DNA of 63,982 nt, counting the filler, from Bigelowiella natans CCMP2755 (Eukaryota > Protista > Cercozoa): NCBI GenBank assembly GCA_000320545.1. It is 4 parts of 4 records of this genome, joined end to end, with 100 filler letters (N's around TTAATTAATTAA, not from the genome) between each part and the next. Parts side by side here need not be neighbours in the genome. Positions count along the whole stretch, not along the records: positions 30,944 to 61,544 come from ADNK01002209.1; positions 61,645 to 62,732 come from ADNK01000191.1; positions 62,833 to 63,982 come from ADNK01003108.1; 1 more part is not named here. One strand, given 5' to 3'. The notes under the pieces are model-generated. The model did no database searches. It was not told the origin of the DNA and saw only the letters and a list, made by a program, of their open reading frames with translations. The position numbers and the translations under genes were made by a program. Of the stretch, positions 54,536-63,982 are shown piece by piece. How positions within the stretch are numbered: the first letter of the stretch is position 1; each line of letters starts with the position of its first letter.

Positions 54536-55012
54536 CCTCTTATGTGTAGAGTGTTCCTTTCTGATGAAGTTCGCTAATGGTGGGGGGGTGGATGCACGTC
54601 TTACGCGAGGAGCTGCTTTTCATGGCTTCTGAAGAAGTTTCTTCGTTTTTCTGTAAGGACGAATTTGATGCTGCAATATCTTCCCCATCTTCATTATCAT
54701 CATCATCCCCAACTTTCTGAATTCCAAGGTCTCCTCCTTTGAACGACGCTGTCAAAATCATGATCAGAATAATAATTATAAGAAGAAGAAACATCGCCTT
54801 GCTTTTCACATTCGCACATATTATTCATCTATTCATTTACGCTATTGTCATCATCATTATCGATTATCGAAGCAGCAGCTAGAGTCTTACAAAATGATAG
54901 CAGCCTCAGCATTTATTTAAAGCTTAAATTTATATTAAATATGCAGCAGTCACTCACAGTCACACAGTGTTCTACAGTACATAAATACACTGCCAATATA
55001 TATATAAATATA

Positions 55013-55053
<41 letters not shown>

Positions 55054-55677
55054 CAATACATTTTCCAGCAGTATATTCTGAGTATGCTAAGAAAGATCTT
55101 GCCTGAATGAGATCGAAGACGAAGTAAAGTGCCTCCTCTTTTTATGATCTTGTTCTTTGACTTTGTGATTCCCCCGGAAGAAGAAGAAGTAGGGGATAAG
55201 AAGAAATTGTGGAGACCACCACCTCCACCTGGAGGAGAACTTGGAGAACTTGATGTTGTTGTTGTTGTTGGAGCACTGCTGATTCATTTATAGGTGGATA
55301 ATGTGCAGCAATTTCACCATGGTCAGTTACCACTCAGCACAACAAACACCACCATCTTTACTTTGTAAGAAAAAGGAGAAATCTTGATGAATCAAGGTCT
55401 TTATAATTTTAGGGGTATTATTATTTATTATAGCCGATGATGCTCTAAAAGTGAGATGCTGCTGCTGCTGCTGCTGCTGCTGCTGATTCTTTAAAATAGG
55501 TAAGTTTCCTACCTTTGTTGATGGTCTCCATTCTCGTCATCGTCATCATCATTATCAACTTCATCTTCTTTCGTGTTTCCACCGCCAATGCCACGTGGAA
55601 TAGGGTATTTCGACCTGATTCTGGAAGAGGAGGATAGTAATAAGAATACTACTCATAATATTGCACACAGGCACGTT

Positions 55678-55712
<35 letters not shown>

Positions 55713-55956
55713 GCAGTACCGATGGCTCCTTCCTTCGCACAGGAGGAACAACGTCACACGGCGCTCATCTGCAGCATATAGGTTTTCATCAAATCTTTAT
55801 ATCAGGAGACTAGGCAAAATATCTTTAATAAATGTGACTATGTTGGCTGTCTTCTTCTTCTTCTTCTTCATCATCTTACGTCCTTTTGGAGCAGACATGT
55901 TCACTGCGAAACCTATTCATACCCACCACACAAACACACACACACACACACACAGA

Positions 55957-55999
<43 letters not shown>

Positions 56000-57310
56000 T
56001 AGGGACATTCGAATCTAAAAACGTCTTGCAACTCCTCTCCCCATTATCAGCATCACTGCTGTTTCTATATAAATTCATTAGAAAACTAACGTTTTGATTG
56101 GGTTAATTATAATGATGAAGGCAACATATAAGTGCTACATACTACTATTATCATTGCTACATCATCATCTCTCTCTCTCTCTCTCTCTGTCTCTCTCATA
56201 CACTCACTACTCACCAAGTGGAGAAATATTTTCGATTAGATGAGCTACAGGTATCTTATACTCCCCAAAGATATAGCCATGGCTGCTGCTTTGTGCCCCC
56301 CTCCATTTTTTGCGTTTTACCAGTGATGATGAGGAGGAGGAAGAGGAGGAAGGTCTGACGAGGAGGAAAAGAAGAAGAAAGTCAAGATGTTGCTGTTCTA
56401 GATCGATAAAATAATTGTACTCTACTACTACTACTACTACTACTACAAATACTTCCTACTAAAAAATACAGCAGCAGCAGCAGCGCATAATCCATACAAA
56501 AACTGCATATATAGGTCTTCTTCAATGGAAATGACCGTCGCTCCTGTATTTGGATTTTGAGTACAGGGTGGTGGTGGTGGTGATCCCCCCGTGACAAGAG
56601 GCTGCTACCAAGAATATGGGATGCTATTCCACCGCTTATTGACGACGATGACACCGACGATGATGGGGGGGATATCAGCTTGTAGTTTTCACCCGAATTG
56701 TACCACACAGCTAACTTATTTTTCTGTGCGCTGCAATGGAATTGACATCTATGATTTTTGAAGGAAATTATTGCGTCGATGCAATTTGCTCCTCCAGAGC
56801 CTCCTCCAAAGTCCTGTGCAATGATGTTAGTATAGCATCACATTATTATTAGGGAAAAAGCGGAGATAATAAAATAAATATGAGTGCACGAACATGTACT
56901 AATTTGTTTATAGCTATGCACATTCATACGCACACAAGCACTATTACCTCTTTGTATCTCCTCTCTCCTATCCCCCCCCCCCCCCCCCTCTCTCTCTCCC
57001 TCTCGCTCTCCCCTCTCTCTTACACACACAAGTAATGAACACAAATAATAAATATGTTGTTGTTCAAGCGACACACAACCCCTTCCGCTGCCAATACTCG
57101 CATGCGTAGCGTATATCCGCTGATGAGAGAAGCAGAAGAAGAAGAAGAAGAAGAAGAAGAAGAAGAAGAAGCAAAAAGACAAAGACGACGACGACAATGG
57201 AGAAAGAAAGAACGAGCATGTTACAGGTTAATCGAGCTGTGTGATCATTCATCATGATAATCGTGGTAATAATCATCACCATCATTATCATCATCATTGC
57301 CATCAGATAA

Positions 57311-57343
<33 letters not shown>

Positions 57344-57544
57344 CGGTTGTTCTTTAGAGCACTCCGCATTTGTTTGACTATTTGTGCATCACGTTGTCGA
57401 AACTCCTTTCTTGTCTGTTCCAGAATACGCCTACGATCCGCTTCATTCCACCGACATATGTAATATGCTCGAGCAATGCGTTTTCTTTCCAATGAGACTA
57501 GTTGCTCAGCAGCCTCACGAAGCTAATGCAATTAATAAGCACCA

Positions 57545-57584
<40 letters not shown>

Positions 57585-57893
57585 CAATAAATGTATTATT
57601 GATCTTGGGAATCATACCAACTGCGCTCTTGAGATAAGTGCAGTAGCATCAGTAATACTGATTACTTATTCTTACAACTTCTATTCATCATCCTTCTCCT
57701 TCTCTCCTCAAAATTAAATTCAATAATAACAATACGTAATAGTAGATAGACGTCGTGGTTAGTATCGCTTTCGTAATTATGAAATCCTCCCCCTCCTCCT
57801 CTATTAGTGCTATTAATTACCGTGAGATTGAGTTTGGTGAGGTGGTTTCGGAGTGCCTGAGTAGGATAATGATACATAGTGTGACGGATGGCA

Positions 57894-57939
<46 letters not shown>

Positions 57940-58830
57940 AAGCACATAATCACAGCATCATCAGTTGCTTCACCTTGGGCGATTTCATCCTGAGAACAGC
58001 CTCCCTTGCCAGTTGAAAGGCACACATGCGCTTGGCACCATCGTCATCATCATCAGCATTATCATCATTATTATCACCGTCGTCATTGCGAGTATGATAA
58101 TTATTATGCGTTTGTTCTTCTCTCCCTTCCTTGCTATCGTAATGCTCCTCCTTGTTGTCACCACGATGTTCATGCTGCTGTTGCTGCTGCCTTGTCACGA
58201 TATCTCTTCGATTATGTCTGCTGCTTCTTCGTGATTTAATGTCTTCTTCTCCTAATCTTCCTCTTCCCACTGCAAATTCTCTGTTGTTGTTGTTGGTGGT
58301 GGTGGTGCTGGTGGGATTGTTGTCGAATAGCATTGTGACATTTTCGAGAATCTCACGAATCATCCGTGAGATCTGACCATCAAGCTTTCCAACTCCGTGG
58401 CCTAACAAGCGCCTTTTTTTCTCTCTTTCTTTGTCCCCGCTGCTTATTCTTCTCCCCTCCTCTTCTTCCTCCTTGTCCTCATTTTCATTACTCATCCTTT
58501 TCATCATCATTCCTTTCATATACACTCCCCTTTCCAAACCAACTCCTCCATTCTGCTCTACAGCTTCTTTTATCATTTCCAAATCTATGCAGATACAGCG
58601 AACTATTGCACGCGCCCCTGCATTGAGTTGATTCTCTATTTTGGAATATACAGAGTCCTCCATGGATGAAAGGTGGGATGTTGTAGTTGTTGATGACAAT
58701 GTTTTGAGTTCTCTTGCTATTATCCTTTAGAACATACAAAGAAGAGGGAAATACCATGATAAGATGAGACAAGAATGATGATGATGATGATGATATTTAC
58801 GATAAATGGTGCTCGCTACCCCTTTTCTAT
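50251..58830 (-). CDS. Multi-exon hypothetical coiled-coil protein; may be the 3' part of the C2/RhoGAP-like gene
   Basis: Minus-strand GT-AG-bounded exons: LREAAEQLVSLERKRIAR..., IELRIKEMETETLLFKQK, LQTAVEEIERFNADVHELKQKL, VRTEIVHLNLHKARWEALVKSKRELE, and terminal MKTQLLRSRSEAENLIALLEQEQQKNLSSLQFIIQNLT* (TAA at 50251). Includes ORFs 53322-53942 and 57950-58699. Confidence 0.5.
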
Positions 58831-59099
58831 CCTCTTTCTTCGTTTTTGGTTCTCATCATGTGTGCGTGCGTGAACGTGTTTCTCTCCTCCTCTTTGTTTT
58901 TTTATATGTCCTTGTTGTTTGCGAGAGAAGAGACTATACGCTTGACACTATATGTTGTTGTTGTTGTTGTTTGCATGAATCTCAACGATGACTACCACCT
59001 TGCAGCCCAACGTCCTATCTCACGCCTCGTATAACGGGTAAAGAATATCTACGACAATGATAAAAACAACGACAATAAAAAGAATATTACCAACGACGA

Positions 59100-59796
59100 T
59101 GGCGACCACATCTTAAATTCAGAAAAATTGATTTCGTCAATTCGAATATAAAATTCTCTTGGTCCACGCAATATTGGGCTGCGTTTTCTTTTAGTGATGT
59201 TAGTATTAGCTAGCCTTCAAAATTAGGGCCATTTCACGCCGCCAATATCGTTTTCATAATCTTTTGCACCATCATCATCATCATCATCATCATTATAACC
59301 CAGACCGTGGATGCAACGAGATAGACAATCGCGTTCTGACGTCTTGGGTGACGGCGCTCTAGTTCGTACAAAAACGAGTATGCCTGGATGGTAATATAGA
59401 ACAACGACGACGAAGATGATGATGATGATGATGATGACGTATTCTTAACAGCTCATTTTATGAGAGAAACTCTTAATACGTCTACGATGATGGAGAAGAA
59501 TGCGACATATGGCAGAACAGAGAAAAGGCCTAGCCCCCCGACCCCCTTATCTTTTCCTCTCCTACCAAGAGGCTACTACTACTACTACTACTACTACTAC
59601 TATATCAATACAGCAAGGGATATAGTTTCGATTTCTTACCGTAAATATGCACCGTAGCATGGTGCGTTCAGAACGTGAGAAGCTTAAGCGGAGATGGTTT
59701 CGCAGCGATCTCAACCGGGAACTATTTACGATGATTAATATCACTATTAAATGATGATGCTTGAAAAGAAGAATATAACACACATTGTCGAGAGGT

Positions 59797-59830
<34 letters not shown>

Positions 59831-60786
59831 CAGCAGCAGCAGCAGTAGCAGCAGCATGAGATGACAAATCTTGCCTATCTCAACTGCTGTTAATAATTCA
59901 TATGTTGTTGTGTTATTATTATCATCAATGTGTCGCTCATCTTACTCCTTTTGCGTGCCCTCATAATCGAAGAAGTCTGACACTATTAGCCTGATATCAT
60001 ATGGACAATCCCTCACTTATTTACTGCCGAATCTCCTGAATTCCATATTATTTTACTAAAATTGAGAAAAGAAAAAATATGGTATTTATATATATGTTTA
60101 TTTATATTGTGTACTATTCTTTAATTCCTTTGGAGAGTAGCCAAACCTGAACTTTTTCAGAGAAATAAGAGGCGGCTTCATATCACCAATATACTCGTTC
60201 AATAGTGTAAGAGCCTCTGCTGGTGCCATATGGAGATTTTCTCGAGACGACTCCAAGCACTTTGTTCCGAAGGAAAAATAAATAAAATAATCATTTGTTT
60301 GCTGTCTGATGCTTTTATTACATGGATATATAGAGGCGGCAGCAGCAGCAGTAACAGCAACCAATCACCACCATATTCGCATAGAAGGGGCAAGAGAGAG
60401 AACGTTTACAGCAATTTCAGGCAGCAGCACATATCGATTTATTCCTGGTTGTTCCGACCGCATCATATAAATGCTTAAGAGCACGTATGTCGGGGTGCTG
60501 TTCTTCAGAATACGGTTCCAAAAGCTGCATTATACTCCCAGGATGAGCGGACTGATAAGAAGAAGAAGAAGAAGGTGTTAAACACAACAATGTCCCATCA
60601 AATCTAACAAATAGATGATTTGAACTTTACTAGTGAGCCATCATAATTCACAGACAGCATCACAACTTACTTGTGCAAGGTTCTCTACGCAATCAAGCAC
60701 GACGCTCGGGAGGCAATCCCTACAATCCAGGAAATTAAGAAGCAGCAGTAGCGGCAGCAGCAGCAGCAGCAGCACTTTCAAAATCC

Positions 60787-60823
<37 letters not shown>

Positions 60824-60868
60824 CACTCACAATTTAATGAAGAAATCTTAAGAATCAAAGACAAGAGC

Positions 60869-60900
<32 letters not shown>

Positions 60901-61083
60901 GCACCTGCTAACTCGAATAGCTTCATCTAGTGAGCGACCAAACACGTAGGTCCCTTCTATCTTCACTTTCACCTACAGCAAGTGTTGCGTATTTGTTACT
61001 ACTAGTGCACAAATTTACTACTACAACAAATAAGACACAAATAATCATAATACACTCACACACACACACACACACACACGCAC

Positions 61084-61130
<47 letters not shown>

Positions 61131-61301
61131 TACATGCATGTGTGTGCGCGAGCGAGCGAGCGACGACGAAGGGGGTGAATGATTCATTATAATGCTACCT
61201 TCAATGTTCCCCCCTTGCCACGTTGATTGCGGTATGTCAAAGGCAGCTGCAAAGTCTTTTCACAGTAGAGACAACGACGTACACACACACACACACACTC
61301 T

Positions 61302-61346
<45 letters not shown>

Positions 61347-61385
61347 GATAAATAGTGACCGCGCGTGTGCGTGATACTGCGGCTC

Positions 61386-61431
<46 letters not shown>

Positions 61432-61656
61432 GGAACGGAGAAAAAGAAGGAAAGAGAGAAAACGAGGGGGAGGAAAGTACTCGAACAGATATGTGTAAGT
61501 TTTATGAGAGAGAGAAATACAGAACCTGTAGTACTTTGGGGCTTNNNNNNNNNNNNNNNNNNNNNNNNNNNNNNNNNNNNNNNNNNNNTTAATTAATTAA
61601 NNNNNNNNNNNNNNNNNNNNNNNNNNNNNNNNNNNNNNNNNNNNAACTGATATATG

Positions 61657-61692
<36 letters not shown>

Positions 61693-61712
61693 ATATAATT
61701 ATATTACTTGGT

Positions 61713-61747
<35 letters not shown>

Positions 61748-62043
61748 CAGGCACACACTGCCATTGCTGCGAAAGCAAATGATGATAACGATTATAACAA
61801 CAACAACAACAACAAAAACAACAACAACAATAACAACAACAACAACGCACAATCATCCCCCCCCTCCCCCCCCCCACAGCAGCAGAACCGATGTGAGTGT
61901 TCTTCGGCCGAGCGATAAGATCCCGGAGGAGCTGCCCCCCTCCTTCAAAAACGGGAGGATTTCCGGCCGCACAACAGAGAAGGTGAGGGCAGGGTCAAGG
62001 TTTGCGTCCACAGCATTCAGGAACTCAATGGCGACTCTCCTGG

Positions 62044-62083
<40 letters not shown>

Positions 62084-62408
62084 ATATAGAATTAATATGT
62101 GTGTGTATGTGTGTATAAACATCATCTTCAAATGTATATTCTGTTGGTACTACACAGAGAGGAAATATGTAGCGACAACGGCGAGAAAGAGGGAAAAAAA
62201 CAGAACAAATCTAAGAAACTTAAAACAGAAAACAGAGAAAAAAGTAGACGAATAAGACATAAAGACGATCTGAGAACATCCATCATCATCATCATTATTA
62301 TTAGCAGCAGCAGCAGCAACAACAACAACAACAACGCTGATGATGACTGACTCCTGTGTGTTGATGATCATCGATGCTGCATTTTCAAAGCGCTCTACAC
62401 AACGCGCA

Positions 62409-62463
<55 letters not shown>

Positions 62464-62700
62464 TCACACACACACACACATATACATATATACACATACG
62501 AGAAAATACTTGCCTCGGCCTATCTTCTTCTCCTTTTTCTTCTTCTTCACGCTCGCGCGAGACAGAGGAGCGACTTACCCCAACCAGGGATTGGGATGGC
62601 AGAGAAGAGGAGCATAGCCTTTGTCATGCTCGCCAGTGTGCTTTGCCCCGTTGATGAGGCGCAATTGCGCCAACGCCGTGCTGGCTACTACCGCCTATAT
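59100..62700 (-). CDS. Multi-exon C2-like plus RhoGAP-like protein fragment
   Basis: Exons LQLPLTYRNQRGKGGTLK|VKVKIEGTYVFGRSLDEAIRVS|DCLPSVVLDCVENLAQ|...DIRALKHLYD|...ALTLLNEYIGDMKPPLIS resemble a C2 C-terminal strand followed by RhoGAP motifs (VFG.SL, P.VV..C, LL..Y...M..PLI). Spans a gap, so continuity is uncertain. Confidence 0.5.
61545..61644. other. Assembly gap with artificial TTAATTAATTAA linker
   Basis: 100-nt N block with central linker. Confidence 0.97.
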
Positions 62701-62732
62701 ACAGGACAAAAGGGGGGGGGGGGGGGGGGGGG

Positions 62733-62832
62733 NNNNNNNNNNNNNNNNNNNNNNNNNNNNNNNNNNNNNNNNNNNNTTAATTAATTAANNNNNNNNNNNN
62801 NNNNNNNNNNNNNNNNNNNNNNNNNNNNNNNN
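62733..62832. other. Assembly gap with artificial TTAATTAATTAA linker
   Basis: 100-nt N block with central linker; separates host-like from virus-like sequence. Confidence 0.97.
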
Positions 62833-63660
62833 ATTGATGAAAATGAGAACAAGAACCTGAAACCTATAGCGATTGTTAAGAGTGAGAAGAAGGACAAAGA
62901 CCCCTTACATAATGCTTTTTTATACTTAGATATGGATGATAAACCGAATTCAAAGAAGAAGACAAAGATTGAGTTGGATTTCCATCAAAAATTTGAGATA
63001 CTACCGAACACAAATTCAGACAAGAGGGATGTTATGTATATCGCTGGTGCCAGTGGTTCAGGTAAAAGTTATATTACCAAACAGATAGTCAATAATTATG
63101 CGAAACTGTATCCTAAACGAAAAATATTTATAGTCTCTCGTTTAGATGAGGATGAGACATTAGATGCTATTAAATCTAAAAACATTATAAAATTAGATAT
63201 ACCATCTTTAGTAGAGACACCATTTGATGTTAACAATCCATTATTTTATAAAAGTTGTTTTATCGTTGATGACTGTGATGCTTTACCAGATAAAAATGAA
63301 GATAAAGCAGTTCAAGATTTAATAGACCAAGTGAGTTCAATGGGCCGACTCCATCACAAAAAAAAAGACGAAGATGGTAATAACACAGGACAGGGTGGGA
63401 TAAGTTTGTTTTTTATCACACACTTCTTATCAAATTACAAAAAAAGTCGATTGATTATGAATGAAGCAACCCATTATGTCCTTTACCCTCAATCAACGGC
63501 AACAAACCAATTATATTATGTGTTAAACAAGTATTTAGGCTTAGAGAGAAAAGAAATATCAAATTTAAAGAAAATGGGCTCTCGATGGGTAGTGACACAT
63601 AAGAACTATCCTCAATACATAATAGGTCAATATTCCGCTGAAATCCTTCATCAAACTTAG
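62833..63660 (+). CDS. A32/FtsK-HerA-type DNA packaging ATPase, virophage-like; frame open upstream into the gap
   Basis: Walker A YIAGASGSGKS, Walker B CFIVDD, arginine finger MGR, then FITH, LIMNEA and YLGL...I..LKKMGSRWVVTHKNYPQY, typical of virophage ATPases. The 33 codons before ATG 62932 are open (IDENENKNLKPIAIVK...). Confidence 0.88.
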   Translation: MDENENKNLKPIAIVKSEKKDKDPLHNAFLYLDMDDKPNSKKKTKIELDFHQKFEILPNTNSDKRDVMYIAGASGSGKSYITKQIVNNYAKLYPKRKIFIVSRLDEDETLDAIKSKNIIKLDIPSLVETPFDVNNPLFYKSCFIVDDCDALPDKNEDKAVQDLIDQVSSMGRLHHKKKDEDGNNTGQGGISLFFITHFLSNYKKSRLIMNEATHYVLYPQSTATNQLYYVLNKYLGLERKEISNLKKMGSRWVVTHKNYPQYIIGQYSAEILHQT

Positions 63661-63698
63661 ATTTTAATAAAATATTTAATCAAATATGTTATTAAAAT
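63661..63698. terminator. AT-rich hairpin between convergent viral genes; candidate giant-virus-type transcript 3'-end/polyadenylation signal
   Basis: ATTTTAATAAAATATTT-AATC-AAATATGTTATTAAAAT: 17-bp stem with 1 mismatch and a 4-nt loop, filling almost all of the 40-nt intergenic space. Confidence 0.65.
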
Positions 63699-63700
63699 AA

Positions 63701-63982
63701 TTAACCAATAAATCTATTACCTTTGCTTCTATTTTCAGTAGCCCACAAGGGTTGAGTATTAGTATAATGCAATCGTTTAATGACTTCTTCTAAATCAGGT
63801 GCTCTACCTTCTGCTTTGTATTTTAGAGGACAAATGTGGTCAATTTGCCATTCTCCGTAATTTTCCCAAGTCATACCTTCTTTAAATTTACTTTCTAAAT
63901 ATTTTTTATATTCTTTAATTGTTGTGCCTAAATATTTAATAGACCTTTTACTTTTGTTTGCTTGTAAAGCTCCTCTAACAGC
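63701..63982 (-). CDS. NCLDV-type HNH endonuclease, 5' partial
   Basis: Absent from the ORF track. Translates AVRGALQANKSKRSIKYLGTTIKEYKKYLESKFKEGMTWENYGEWQIDHICPL...LHYTNTQPLWATENRSKGNRFIG*, with the GM.W.NYG.W.IDH..P...HY.N.QPLW..EN..KG signature. Confidence 0.85.
   Translation of the reverse strand, partial: AVRGALQANKSKRSIKYLGTTIKEYKKYLESKFKEGMTWENYGEWQIDHICPLKYKAEGRAPDLEEVIKRLHYTNTQPLWATENRSKGNRFIG

Larger units (their letters stand above)
62833..63982. mobile_element. Fragment of a virophage-like (Lavidaviridae/Polinton-like) element, possibly an integrated provirophage
   Basis: Abrupt switch to AT-rich, intronless, microsatellite-free DNA with two tightly packed viral-type ORFs. Confidence 0.75.

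Overview
Eukaryotic nuclear DNA, gene-dense with many spliceosomal introns and microsatellites. The green-lineage HHL1 gene with a signal-peptide-plus-transit-peptide leader suggests an alga with a secondary green plastid, such as a chlorarachniophyte (inference only). About 13 host genes can be pieced together by hand: a modular ankyrin protein, an acidic disordered protein, HHL1, cathepsin Z, a ~15 kb Furry/Tao3/MOR2-like gene ending in a WW domain, an App1-type phosphatidate phosphatase (3' part), malic enzyme (5' part), a Lys9-Lys1 saccharopine dehydrogenase fusion, an FBXO31-like F-box protein, a USP, PEX10, a GST and a long C2/RhoGAP-like/coiled-coil locus. Three 100-nt N-gaps carry an artificial TTAATTAATTAA linker. 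After the last gap the sequence becomes AT-rich, intronless and viral: a virophage-type packaging ATPase and an NCLDV-type HNH endonuclease converge on a 17-bp AT hairpin. Main leads: (1) the reversed-order Lys9-Lys1 fusion with an intron-free Lys1 half; (2) the provirophage-like fragment with a Mimivirus-style hairpin; (3) CTAG/CATG/TGCA/GCGC-rich tracts downstream of every host gene 3' end visible here and not seen in divergent promoters. All exon boundaries and family assignments come from manual reading and remembered motifs; no searches were run.
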